Origin: Antedon mediterranea
Taxonomy: Eukaryota > Animalia > Echinodermata
Length of the DNA stretch: 64,000 bases
NCBI RefSeq assembly: GCF_964355755.1
Contig: NC_092671.1
Location: forward strand, 34,110,304-34,174,303
Direction: 5' to 3'
A model generated the notes under the pieces. That model saw nothing but the letters and a program-made list of their open reading frames with translations. It was not told where the DNA came from and ran no database searches. The position numbers were made by a program, and so were the translations under genes. Below are positions 1 through 11,980 of the stretch, piece by piece. Numbering within the stretch: the stretch's first letter is position 1; each line of letters starts with the position of its first letter.

Positions 1-293
1 GCCATTTTTGCGGGCAAAACACAACATAAGGCCACCGACTCGAATAAAGTTTACAATGGACAATTGTATGAACGAAATGAACAAAAAAACCACAGTGGTA
101 GTACGTAGGCCTAATTGTCAATGATAGATCAACCATATCATTGAATACAATAATATCAATAATCAACTTAGTCTAGTTCGTTTTTTCGTGCACACTTCAA
201 GTGAAATACACGCATCAAGTTTAACAAAACTAGATTGGATTTGATTGATTTGAAATAGTAAAAGTAAATATTATGTTGGACATAGGCCTACAT

Positions 294-441
294 GTCACTG
301 TTACAACTTATAATGTAGAAAACGTCAGCTAATTTCGAAACAACCGTTAATGTAGAAACATCAACAGCTTATGTTCTGTAGTAAGCGGTGTTCTACATAA
401 CGGTTATTTGAAAATGGCGTTTTCTACGTTGTAACAGTCAC
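294..441. mobile_element. Palindromic MITE, superfamily unassigned
   Basis: Left arm gtcactgttacaac..tagaaaacg..aaccgttaatgtagaa is the reverse complement of right arm ttctacataacggtt..cgttttctacgttgtaacagtcac. Confidence 0.6.
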
Positions 442-502
442 CAACATTTATCTGAGAAGCCTATAAAATCCGTACGTACTATTTAGTACAACGACTAAAG
501 TA

Positions 503-1678
503 CACCAGTTGCATGCAATTCTAATTATGTTAAATATATATATTTCATTTCTTAGTATGACCTTAAAATTTCTTGACATTTCTTAATTATTTGGCATTGA
601 ATAAACATTAAATATTATAACATATTTTTGTTACTAATCCACTTGTATTATAATTCTAACCCAATAAAGATCCATTCAATATATTCACAGTTTTGACTTT
701 GGTTTACATTTGTTGTATTCCAATACTTTAAAATTTTTTAGCATAACATGAATGCTTATTTTATCATTTTCGTTATATCTACCAGAAATCATTTTACAAA
801 ATAAATGTTTACAATGGTTTTGGTGGCACTGGTTAAACATCTCTCTGCCTACAAGCAATATTAGGAAATAAATGTATTTTAATCACATTTTGTGTAAAAA
901 TAAGAAAAGATTAATTAATAATGCAAATAGATAAAGGTATACTTGACGTGTTTACAACAAGTTGGGATAGGTGCTCGTGATCATTCACAAAAGGCACCTC
1001 GATTATATTATGTTGGGGCGACCATATCATAGAACGACAAGCCATACATACCGCGTTGGTCTCCCATATGGTTAAAACCCCTTAGCCTGTTTTCCTGTCG
1101 ACGTTATTTGACGCTATCGTCGTTGATCGTTAACAGTTCAACGACGATCGTTTGAAAACGATCAAGTTGAAATGATAACGATAGCGAGTACCTTTTCCTG
1201 TAAATCATTTCAATGTTTACGTAGAAGATCGCCGATTATTGTTAACGATAGCGTCGACTGACGTCGACAGGAAAACAGGCTTTAGAACGCAATCGTTCTA
1301 AGATCGTACCGTCGGCCTTGCCGTCCTCAACCCTAACGACATAATCTTTATCCTAAATTGTGTTAATCTATGTTAGGAAGGAGGTGTGTATGTTTACGTG
1401 CCGATATAAACTGAGATATACTTCTCTTTGTAAACGGCAAACCATGTTTTGTAAGGCTATCTCTTTATTAAAGACAACCCGTAGGTTTTTATTGCCAACA
1501 GAAATATGGTTTTTAAGTGATTGATTTGTTGTTCTAATTGTGACTCAGTAACTTCATATGAACAGTATCTGAATAGAATAGACTTTGCTACATATCTTGT
1601 TTCTATTGTCTTTCAATATTCGATCTACCGTAGCGTTAAACAACACAGGTTCATCACTGATTATTTCGCGATTACATA
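503..1678 (+). repeat. Local segmental duplication unit, copy A (copy B about 34545-36563 plus 43090-43230; copy C about 50647-50800)
   Basis: Colinear similarity, e.g. actaatccacttgtattataatt, gcataacatgaatgcttattttat and ggtggcactggttaaacatctct in both A and B; catcactgatt(a/g)tttcgcgattacatacac in A and C. Confidence 0.8.
1084..1281. mobile_element. PIF/Harbinger-type MITE
   Basis: TIR agcctgttttcctgtcgacgt / acgtcgacaggaaaacaggct in TTA context; absent from the paralogous segment near 36035-36090. Confidence 0.75.
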
Positions 1679-1830
1679 CACTGTAAAAAAAACTGTTAAA
1701 TTTACAATTTTTTGACTGTAAAAAATTACATCCGACGACCGTTTTTACTAATTACAGTCGTTTACTGTTAATTTCCGCCTTTTTACAACTATTTACTGTA
1801 AGTAATAATTTGTGTACCCATTCGTTGGTG
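1678..1830 (+). mobile_element. Left end of a CACTG (EnSpm/CMC-like) non-autonomous DNA transposon
   Basis: cactgtaaaaaaaactgttaaatttaca with subterminal actgta/ttacag repeats, starting exactly where similarity to duplication copy C breaks; no right end found. Confidence 0.45.
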
Positions 1831-2506
1831 GCGCTGTAATTAAATTAATCTGAGCATGGGTCGTCTGTGTTCAGATTTAAAATTTACCCACGGGCAAAGA
1901 ATATATATCACAAGAATGAGTATTCCGCGATTTTTGCATGAGAAATTTTATAACAGAGAGCTCCAGAGAGTGATGCCCGCCCTCATAAGGGCGGATGTAT
2001 ACATACTAAATAAGACTTGATTTAATAGATATTATACATGTCACATTAAATAGAAGTTGATAATAGTTTTGCAATTGTAAACTATTTTATAATACATATT
2101 TATTAACAACCGTCTGATTGACAATAAATAATAGAGCAGATAATTTAAACAATGAAGAAACTATTCAGACATTATTTATGTAAACATACTAATGAATCTT
2201 TAATACTTTTTTTACCGAAAAATTAAAGTACAAGTAGTAATGAATAAATTGATGAATTAATTGCATACTATGATCAACACAAGCATATCAAAATCAAAAT
2301 TAATTTTAGACACTTACTGTACTACACCTCAAGAATTGTGTATTGAATTTCATGTCACTTTATTAATTTGAATCTTTAAATAATTCAATAATTTATTATT
2401 TAATATTTTCTTTTTAAATCATAAAAAATCAAGAGTTTTTGACTAACTGATACTGTTGCAGAAATAATAAGAACCAATTTTAATATTTATCAGAATATAT
2501 AATACA

Positions 2507-3318
2507 TCTATATATAAATTTACGTAAGGGCAAAATTAGGTAAATCGCGCGTTATTTCTAGAATGTTTACTCGATGGTATATAAAGTTGGTTCGTACTTT
2601 CAGTAATGATTTTAACCACCTGATGTAACCCTGTTTACTAATTAAATTGAGTTCGATAATTAGTTATTGACGATTAAAACGAATTTAGGTTCAACGATTT
2701 GCCCCAAATTTTTCGATCGTGGTATACACTGTCTAATGGATGTCCGTCTTGAAAAATACCCGCAGACGATAATACGAGGATGCTTCGCATTTTCGTGTCT
2801 CCTCCTACGATAATTGTTTTTAATGACTGAAAACCGGTTGAACAGCTCGAGTACAGCATCATAATGTTGAAGACAGGCCGATTTTCTTTAAAAAATACTA
2901 TTTTGATAGATTTAATATACGTTTATACAAATGTATTGATTTGCGATGAATGGAACATTCCAATCTCTCTTCCACAAGTGTCTATTCCCTCAGGCGTCGT
3001 AAAGGCAAGTACTGTATACTCAAAACAGAAATTCGATCCATTTTTTTTTTCAATCTGTGTTGCAGAGGTTGGATATACATTTTTTTTTAAACGGATAATG
3101 AGCTAGCGTTTTCACTCGCCGTATATTATGTACAAATCGTTATTATTGCAGTTAATTCACCCTTCCCTCACTGGCATGAGTAGCGTTGTACAACCAGTAG
3201 AGGATAGGCCTACGGTACATCACATGCCCTAAACGCAGAACAACTTTGGTGGGTAGGGTATGAACCAACTTAAGTATGAATTGGCTCTAAGAAACAATTG
3301 AAAACCATTAGGCCTACT
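2507..3318 (+). mobile_element. Non-autonomous Helitron-like element, copy 1 of 4
   Basis: 5' end A|TCTATATATAAATTTACGTAAGGGC; highly similar copies at 16180-16650(-), 22930-23310(+) and 57083-57910(-); no TSD. Confidence 0.65.
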
Positions 3319-3418
3319 AATTAAGTTGAGTTAGATAATTTAATATTTATTGACGATTAAATCGAATTTATGATTTTCCCCGAATAGAGGTGGTTTTTAC
3401 AAATTGTTTTACATTATA

Positions 3419-3495
3419 TAATAATAATAATAATAATAATAATAGGATTTTTATAGCGCACATACCACTCAAGAGTGCTCAAGGCACATATAAAC
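3419..3495 (-). mobile_element. L2-type LINE/SINE 3' tail
   Basis: Minus strand reads gtgccttgagcactcttgagtggtatgtgcgctataaaaatcc(tat)n, the L2 stem-loop plus microsatellite tail pattern. Confidence 0.5.
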
Positions 3496-3684
3496 ATATA
3501 CACGTCGTAGTGATGTATCGTTACATGTACTGTACTATTTCAATCGACTAGGACGGTGACAACAAACTAAGTATTACATCGCAATGTTTTACTGTGTTTA
3601 GTGGTATATTATGTGTAAAACACGAAAACAATAATAATAATAACTGGTACTTGATATATCGCATTATGCTGAAAGCCTCAATGC

Positions 3685-5963
3685 CTCAATCTCCTTATCA
3701 AGAAGCCACCCGTAATCACTAAATCCATCGAAACTCGTCATTGGAATGCTATAAATTTTGAGACATTATGTAAAGATATCACACAGTCTGATCTCGGAAC
3801 TTCGCTCTCAAATCTTGATTTATCAAGTAAAGTACGACTATATGTCACCACTTTGAGTGAACTTCTTGACAAACACGCACCACCGAAAAAGAGAACAGTA
3901 AAGGTCCGACCAAACACTAGTTGGTATAACAGTGACATCTATGCTGAGAAAAGAACAAAGCGTAAGCTTGAAAAGAAATGGAGAATCTCTCATCTGGAAA
4001 TAGATCGTCAAGCTTACATTGCACAGAAGAGGAATGTAAATTCCATGGTAAGAAAGGCAAAGGCCAACTACTACATTGGCTTGTGTGAAGAACATGCAGC
4101 AGATCAGAAAGGACTTTTTAAAATTGTTAACCAACTCCTTCATCATCGCCAGGTATCACCTCTCCCAGATAGTCTTTCTGACTTAGATCTTGCGAACAGG
4201 TTCTGTCAGTTTTTCACAGACAAGATCAAGATCATCAGAGACGACTTCAAGATTGATGACATGTCATTTAATGAGCCTGTGACAGCTGTTCATCAGCATC
4301 TCACAACATTTACACCAGCATCTCAAGATAAGATCCGCAACATTCTGATGAAATCACCAACAAAATCATGCAGGTTAGATCCAGTTCCTACTTCTATACT
4401 GAAGAAGTGTATAGACGCAGTCGTTCCAATAATAACGGAAATCATTAACCATTCTCTTAATACCGGCATAGTGCCAGATGAACTGAAAATTGCTCACGTT
4501 CGTCATTTAATAAAAAAGCAAAACTTGGATCATAACACGCTGAAAAATTACCGCCCGGTGTCGAATCTTTCTTTTCTTGGAAAGACTCTGGAGCGTGTAG
4601 TGACATCACGCATTACTCCATATCTTCAAAAGCATAATTTAAATGAGAATTACCAGTCGGCATATCGTGCATGTCATAGCACGGAGAGTTCCCTTTTAAA
4701 GGTACAGAATGATTTGTTACAAGGAATGAATGATGGGAAAATAACGCTATTGGTGTTGTTGGATTTGTCAGCAGCGTTTGATACAGTTGATCACCAACAA
4801 CTGATAACCCGTCTGAGAAATCGCATTGGCATAAATGGTGTTGCTCTTAACTGGTTCCAGTCATATCTTACAGGAAGACGTCAGCTAGTCTGTATCAATG
4901 ATGCATTCTCAGATGAAGCTTGCCTGGAATATGGTGTACCACAGGGGTCAGTAATTGGGCCTGGCCAGTTTTCCATTTATACGCTTCCCCTTGGTGACAT
5001 TATTCGCAAACACAGTCTACATTTCCATTTCTATGCAGATGATACACAGATTTATGTGTCAGTAAATCCAGTGCAAAGGGATGTTGCTGCAGCAATGAGT
5101 AAGATGGAAGCCTGTATAGAAGATGTTCGCAATTGGATGACAACAAATTACCTAAAGTTGAATGATGGAAAGACAGAGTTTATTATCGTCGGGTCTAAAT
5201 GTAACATCTCCAAAATCAACATCACACATATCAGAATCGGAAACTCTAACATCGCTCCCTCATCGGTGGTCCGGAATCTGGGAATCATGCTGGATAGTAA
5301 TCTCACTATGGAAGCACAAATAACAACTGTATCCAAAGCAGCATGCATATCGATTAGGAACCTTGGTCGTATTCGCGGTAATCTTAACAAGAAAACAGCT
5401 GAATTGATTGTACACTCATTTGTCACTTCTAAAATTGACATTGGTAATGCCTTGTTGTTTGGCATACCAAAATATCAAATACAACGTTTGCAGCGCTTGC
5501 AAAATATGGCAGCTAGAATTGTAACTTATACAAAATCAAACGCTCACATAACTCCTGTCCTGATGGATTTGCATTGGTTGCCTGTTCAACAACGTATTAA
5601 GTACAAACTTGCGTTGTTTGTATTCAAGATCCTAAATGACAGTGCTCCTGCTTATTTATCTGACCTTGTGGATCGTTACGAATCATCCCGCAGAGGCCTA
5701 CGATCATTGTCACAAAACCTTCTTCAAGAGCGTAGAGCGAAAAATCAGTGGGGTCAGAGATCTTTTTACGTTGCGGCCGCAAGTGTATGGAACAGCTTAC
5801 CAGCAACAGTTAAATGCTCATCTAGTCTAAACAGTTTCAAGACCAACCTAAAGACGTCGCTATTCGCTGATGTTCTCGCACGTTGTTAATGCACAAAGCG
5901 CCATGAGCGCCACATGGGTGGAGGATACCGGCGCTATATAAGTTTTCATTTATTATTATTATT
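3685..5963 (+). mobile_element. 5'-truncated L2-clade LINE with intact RT reading frame
   Basis: ORF 3853-5889, open from about 3690, with NYRPVSNL, LDLSAAFD, GVPQGSV, FYADD and the L2 C-terminus LHWLP..RSF..WNSLP..FKTNLKT; 3' aagcgccatgag..ggcgctatata(tat)n; TSD aatgc at 3680-3684 and 5964-5968. Confidence 0.92.
3853..5889 (+). CDS. L2 LINE ORF2 reverse transcriptase (endonuclease missing)
   Basis: 678 aa ORF with RT motifs including YADD. Confidence 0.9.
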   Translation: MSELLDKHAPPKKRTVKVRPNTSWYNSDIYAEKRTKRKLEKKWRISHLEIDRQAYIAQKRNVNSMVRKAKANYYIGLCEEHAADQKGLFKIVNQLLHHRQVSPLPDSLSDLDLANRFCQFFTDKIKIIRDDFKIDDMSFNEPVTAVHQHLTTFTPASQDKIRNILMKSPTKSCRLDPVPTSILKKCIDAVVPIITEIINHSLNTGIVPDELKIAHVRHLIKKQNLDHNTLKNYRPVSNLSFLGKTLERVVTSRITPYLQKHNLNENYQSAYRACHSTESSLLKVQNDLLQGMNDGKITLLVLLDLSAAFDTVDHQQLITRLRNRIGINGVALNWFQSYLTGRRQLVCINDAFSDEACLEYGVPQGSVIGPGQFSIYTLPLGDIIRKHSLHFHFYADDTQIYVSVNPVQRDVAAAMSKMEACIEDVRNWMTTNYLKLNDGKTEFIIVGSKCNISKINITHIRIGNSNIAPSSVVRNLGIMLDSNLTMEAQITTVSKAACISIRNLGRIRGNLNKKTAELIVHSFVTSKIDIGNALLFGIPKYQIQRLQRLQNMAARIVTYTKSNAHITPVLMDLHWLPVQQRIKYKLALFVFKILNDSAPAYLSDLVDRYESSRRGLRSLSQNLLQERRAKNQWGQRSFYVAAASVWNSLPATVKCSSSLNSFKTNLKTSLFADVLARC

Positions 5964-6240
5964 AATGCGCTTTACAAAGACAGAACAAATTTAGAAAATT
6001 ACAAATTAAAAAGGTGGGTTTTGAGGAGAGATTTGAAGACACTGCACTGGTGGAAGTAGCCTGACGGATTTCAATAGGCAACGCATTCCATAGAGAAACG
6101 GATGTCGAAGAAAATGAACGATTTCCATAAAACTTAGTGGATGGAAGGATGAATTAATATATGGGCAAGAAGAGACTCAGATCTAGATCTCAGAGACCGC
6201 TTAGGAACATAAGGTTGAATAAGTTCAATTAATATTTCGT
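5964..6240 (-). mobile_element. Older L2 3' fragment; its tail continues at 3629-3684
   Basis: Translates ..QPYVPKRSLRS..FYGNRSFS..LWNALP..FKSLLKTHLF; joining across the inserted L2 gives tgtaaagcgcattgaggctttcagcataatgcgatatatc..(tat)n. Confidence 0.8.
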
Positions 6241-7329
6241 TACTAAATGAATAAAGAATATATTTAAAAATTGTTCCTCTTTGCACCCATCCTCTTCCCC
6301 ATTCCTCAACCCTAATGTTACATACAAAGCACAAATTAAGTTTGTTTAAATTTGACTTAAACAATTGGTCTCATTCTGTGACAAGTTTCTCTTTCGGAAG
6401 TAATTCCCAGTGTGCTAATTTTAGTTGAGTACATAAATCACAGTGTATATTTATGTATTATTGTCCTGCGGTACGTACATTTGAAATCGCCAGTTTTTTA
6501 ACGCTGAAATTATTATGTATTCGAGAACCATCTGTGGGCACAACCTAGATGGTACGCGAGCGTATTAATTTTAGAAATTAATAGAACATAATTCATCTAA
6601 GAAAATTATATTAAACATTTAAATAGTAAGATGATAATTTAAAGACAATGCCTAATTTTCAATAAACAATAGAGCAAGAAATTAAAAAAATTGGCAGAAA
6701 TTATTTGTGTTATACTAATGAAGCTTATATATTTTTTATAGAGGCACAATGTCAAAGGTTAATAAGTAAAATAATAATATACCAGTACCATTTAATAGTA
6801 AATATGGTACTGTATATAGTATAATAAGATGATTAATAAACTTGCATACCAAGACAAAGCATTTACACATCAAAATTCTGGCAAATTATGGTTAAAATTG
6901 TATTTTCACTGTTCCCTGGTTAAATAAAAACAAAACATACCAAAATCAAAATTGCATTTAGACATTTCCTACACCTCAGGAATTGTGTATTGAATTTCAT
7001 GTACTGCATTAATCATTCAAATAATTGTAACAATAGACTAAATTCATAATTATTAATTCAACAAAAAAATGTTTACAAATTATAGTACAACTTTTTTACT
7101 GTGCTATTTTGGGTATTTAAATTACTGTAGTTGTGTAAATTACAAAATGAGGCTAGACAAAACATAACAAAATGAAAAATTTAATTTAGACACTTCCTAC
7201 CTACACATCTATAAAAATAGTTAATATAGGCCTAATGTAAAATCAAGATTAAACTTGCTTGGTTAAAATAATGAGTACAATTTAAATTGTAAAATAAATG
7301 CATAGATTGTTATAAAACTAACTCCAAAT

Positions 7330-8572
7330 AATTTATTTTATTTTATTTATTCGGTATATAAAAATATATTACAAAACGACAGTCAAGGACTGAAATGAAT
7401 TGTATTACAAAATAATAAAAAATTAGTTAAAATTGCCATAAAAATAGAAACATCTAATTAAAATTAGATATCGTACCATAAAATTATAAAACATACATGA
7501 ATAAAAAACCTTAAAACATTCACTTATAACATATATCTAAAAAAGAGCTCGTGGTGCCTATTAATTATATCCACCATGGTGGGAACTGGAGATGACCTAA
7601 GTCTGCTGGTTTTATAATGAGGTACTTCTAGAAAGCGGTTGAATCTGAGAGACCGAGCTGGCTTATGAAGAGGGGGAAGTATTTCTCTAAACAGCTCGGA
7701 TTTTAATAAGCCTTCCCCGAAAGACAACATCAGTTTGTTTCTTCTCTCAACAAGAGTGGGTAAACCAGTAACAGACAATGCATAATCATAGCACAAATAG
7801 TTGTTACCTAGCATGATTCGCAATGCTCTCTTTTGTACCTTTTCAATAGACTTGGACATATCCTTAGTGATAGCGCCATACCAAACAGGGGCAGCATATT
7901 CTAAAATAGGTCTTATATAAGCCATATAAACAGTCAACAGATCATTAATTAAGATTCCAGCTTTCTTCAAAATGCACAAGGAAAATAAACGTCTAGAAGC
8001 TCTAGACACAATATTATTAGTGTTAAGTTCCCATTTCAGGTCATTTTGAATGATTACACCAAGAAGTGTCATGTGATCAACTACTTGTAAAATGGAACCA
8101 CTCAGACTAAAAGAAGGCGATATAATATCGTCCGACTTGTCCTTAAGAAAATTGACAACCAAGATATGGCATTTGGAGGGTTTGGGTATCATGTTATTGG
8201 ATGAACACCAAACACTCAAATCATCTAACAGGGATTGCATGGAAGGCAAATCACCTTTGCGAACGACCTCCCCAAGGGTGAGGTCATCCACATATTTCCA
8301 TCGTCTGCAGCAATCAACACAAGCATCGTTAATAAGTACTAGGAAAAGTACAGGGCCAAGCAATGTCCCCTGTGGGACACCACAAGTCAGTGACTTGGAA
8401 GATGACAAAATCCCAGCAAACTTGGTGTTGAGAGAACGGGAAGTGAGAAAGCTGCAGACGATGGGAATTATGGACGACCTCACACCCAGTTCAATCAACT
8501 TTATAATAATAACATTATGATCAACACGATCAAAAGCTTTAGTAAAGTCAGTGGCACATATGTTCACATAAC
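7330..8572 (-). mobile_element. Daphne/Crack-type (CR1/L2 group) LINE A, 3' half (RT C-terminus and 3' UTR)
   Basis: ORF 7524-8567 with DFTKAFD, GVPQGT, WKYVDD, RPILEYAAPVW; 3' tail cagtccttgactg..ataccgaataaataaaat. Confidence 0.88.
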
Positions 8573-11500
8573 CTCCTCTTAGTTTTTGATACTTTGTTTT
8601 ATTCTGAATTGTTTTTATTTCCGATAATTATGGGTTTGAATTATAATTTCTCAAGAACTAATGTATCCGCTTTCAAGCGTAAAAGAGGGCGCCGTGCTGG
8701 TCGGAATATGCGGAAGCAAATACTTGTTCAGATCGGAGGAAGAGTTGATAATTCTAATATTAATGGTGAGAGAGGGCCTAGCATTCTTGTTCCAATTTTG
8801 TGTAAAGCTAAACTTAGTAGGTCTAACATTTACCCTAGTGTTTTTCTGTGTAATGCGCGCTCGTTATGTAATAAGATGAATGAATTTGAGTTAGTTTTAG
8901 CAAACAGTAACATTGATATTGCTGGTATAACAGAATCGTGGTTTCATTCTGATTTTTCTTCTGAGTGTTCGGCAGTTCAAGGTTCATGCATTCGGAATGA
9001 TAGAAGTAATCGCGTTGGCGGTGGTGTTGTTCTATATATTAATGAAGTATATATGATTACGAAGTTGATGATGCATGTCCTATTGATCTTGAATGCCTAT
9101 GCGTTGATGTAAAAATTAACCTCTCTTTCTCAATCGTCACTATTGTCGTCTATTACCCACCTAACTGTAATTGGAATCAACAGCTTACAGAGTTCTTGTG
9201 CTCAAGAATTGACTATTTTCGTAGTGTAAGGGATAATGCTGCTTTCATTATTATGGGTGACTTTAATGACTACGATATTGACCCCCTACTTTATCAAACA
9301 TCATTAGAACAAGTAGTAGATTTTCCCAATCGCGATGATGCATGTCTTGATAAAATGTTAACAAACATCTCTGATCTTTACCAATCCCCTTTAAAACTCT
9401 CTCCCCTGGGTCGCAGTGACCATGCCTCCATTCTTTTAAAACCTAATTTTATTCAAAAGAAACCGGTAAAGAGAAGGTTGCTAGTTCGCCGTCCTTTGAA
9501 AGACTCGTCCATGCGTGCATTTGGCCAAGTTATTACTGGGATTGACTGGGATATGGTTCATGAGGACGACAGTTCTGAATATTTAGCTGCCAAATTTGAA
9601 AGTGTGCTTAAGGAAACCTACGAAAAGTCTTTTCCTTCAGTAGTTATTCGTGTCAGAGACAATGATAAACCTTGGTTTAATCAAAGTATTAAAAATGATT
9701 GAGAAAAGACATCATGCTTATCGAAAGGGTAACCAAACAAGATACCGTCATTTTAGAAGGCTTGTTCGTTCTAAAGTAAGATTGGCAAAATCAAACTTCT
9801 ATAAAGAATCTATATCTTCTCTTAAGAAAATTGAGCCCCAGAAGTGGCACAAGAAAGTGCAGAGGATTGCTGGAAAATCAAAACCGCAATCTGCACTTCT
9901 TGAACCTGGTTGTGACCCTGATGTTGTTGTAGATGTTGTCAACAAACATTTTGCTAGGATTTGTTCTTTTTTACCTGCATTAGATTTGCGAAATTTACCT
10001 GCCTTTCTTCCTTCTGTTAAGCCCCCTGTTATTTTTCCTGGGCAAGTTTTTAAACTATTAAAGGGCATTAATGTGAATAAATCAAGGCATCCTCGTGATA
10101 TACCTCTCCGATTAATTAAGGAATTTGCCTTATAACTTGCCCAACCTCTCACTAAAATATTGAATTGTTGCCTCCAGGATAATAATTTCCCATCTATCTG
10201 GAAGAATGCCATCATTACTCCTGTACCCAAAAAGCCAAAGGCTTCTACACCTAATGAACATAGGCCTATATCTATCACGCCTGTTTTTGGTAGAATTTTT
10301 GAGAGCTTCCTTTCTGATTGGATAGCTACTGATTTCAGACCTCTTATGGATTCCCAACAGTTTGGAAATGCGAAGGGTTCATCACCGACTCATTACCTTG
10401 TTCAACTCTGTAATAGGCTTCTGTCAGGATTAGATAGCTCAGGAATGTATGGTACTATTTGTGCCATAGACTTTAGTAAAGCCTTTGACCGGGTCAACCA
10501 TTCAATTCTGATTGACAAATTAATTGGTCTTAATATCATGCCCTCTCTCATTCCAACGGTGTGTAGCTTCCTCTCGCAAAGAAATCAGTGTGTGCGGTTG
10601 GGCGGTTCAGTCTCAGCGCCAGAACCAATTTCGTGCGGAGTGCCTCAGGGTACTAAATTAGGCCCAATCCTATTTACTATCATGGTTAATGATTTGCTCA
10701 ACAATGTACCTGATAGATGGAAGTTCGTTGATGACCTGACGATTGGCGAGGTGATTTCAGTACAGAGACCTGAAGATAGTTTGATTCAAAGCAACCTTGA
10801 TGCTCTTTCCAGTTGGTGTGTGGAGAATGATGCAACACCAAATCCTGTAAAGTTTCAAGTGATGCGTGTTCATTTTTTGCGTAATGTTCCCCAATTTGAG
10901 CCGTTACAAATGGATGGTGTTATACTCGAAGAATCCCAGAGTGTAAAACTTCTTGGAGTGCATCTGCAAAGTGACCTCAAGTGGGACAAGCAGATTAAAG
11001 AAGTCGTTTCCAGGGCATCACGTCGTCTATATATGCTATACACTCTGAAGCGTTTTGGAGCCCCAAAGGATGATCTGGTTTTCACTTTTATAACATACAT
11101 TCGTCCTTTACTCGAGTATGCCAGTCCTCTTTGGTATAGCTCGATCACCAATAAACAGAGTGATCAACTTGAATTCATCCAAAAGCGTGTTGTAAAACTT
11201 ATTATTGGATATCAAAACTATGTTAGTTACGCAAAATCACTTGAAACCCTCAAGTTAAAGACATTGCAGCATAGACGTCAGGTTCTTCTTTATAACTTTG
11301 GTAAGGGGCTGCTAAAGTCGGATCGCTTTAAGGAATGGATCCCTGAAAAAGAAAAGCCGACAAGGTGTTTACGTAAAGTTAATAAGTTTGATGTGCCACG
11401 ATGTCGGACTAAAAGACTTGCTGCATCAACACTTCCAACTGTTATTGGACTCTTAAATAATGAATAGATTTGGACAATTAACCTTTAAAGACATTTCGAA

Positions 11501-11980
11501 GAGTATGTTCTATTGTCTCTTTTTCAAGTGGTTGTTTTATGCTTTACATTTTTTTTTGTAACTATTTATGGGACTATAAAAATGTGATTTATAAGATTCA
11601 ATTTTTTAAATTTGTAAATATAATATAAGAATTTGTAATTATTAATATCATCCTTTGAATTTGAATGTTGTGCAATTTTTATTGTACTTTTAGTTTAATG
11701 AATTTTACATATATTTTATTGGTGTATAAAAATAATGTGATTATTAATATTAGTCTCTATTTTTTAAAATTGTAAATATTTAAGAATTTGTGCATTTTTT
11801 ATAGTAATTTTAAGTTTAACGAATTATGCAGTAATTATTACTGTTTCATAGGCTTTAATGTGTTTTTTCTTCGTTTAACTTTGTTTATGTAAATTATCAT
11901 TTTCATATGTAAGCTCTTCATTTCAACTATGAGTTGTATTTTGAGTCTTTTTATACCGATTAATTGAAAAATAAATAAAA
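8573..11980 (+). mobile_element. Near full-length Daphne/Crack-type LINE B (APE and RT, frameshifted), inserted antisense in LINE A
   Basis: KRKRGRRAG N-terminus, NARSL/ITESW/GGGV/MGDFN/SDH endonuclease motifs (8594-9702), RT 10160-11467 with WKFVDD; TSD ataac at 8568-8572 and 11981-11985. Confidence 0.9.

Noticed and set aside
2674-3106. Small ORFs repeated at 16538, 57133 and 57798
   Set aside because: They lie in the Helitron-like repeat and the frames are not conserved between copies.
8092-8520. Antisense ORFs over LINE, Penelope, Tx1 and Gypsy ORFs (also 5148, 9799, 12675, 39118, 40776, 46157, 53639)
   Set aside because: These are shadow frames of real TE coding sequence on the opposite strand.
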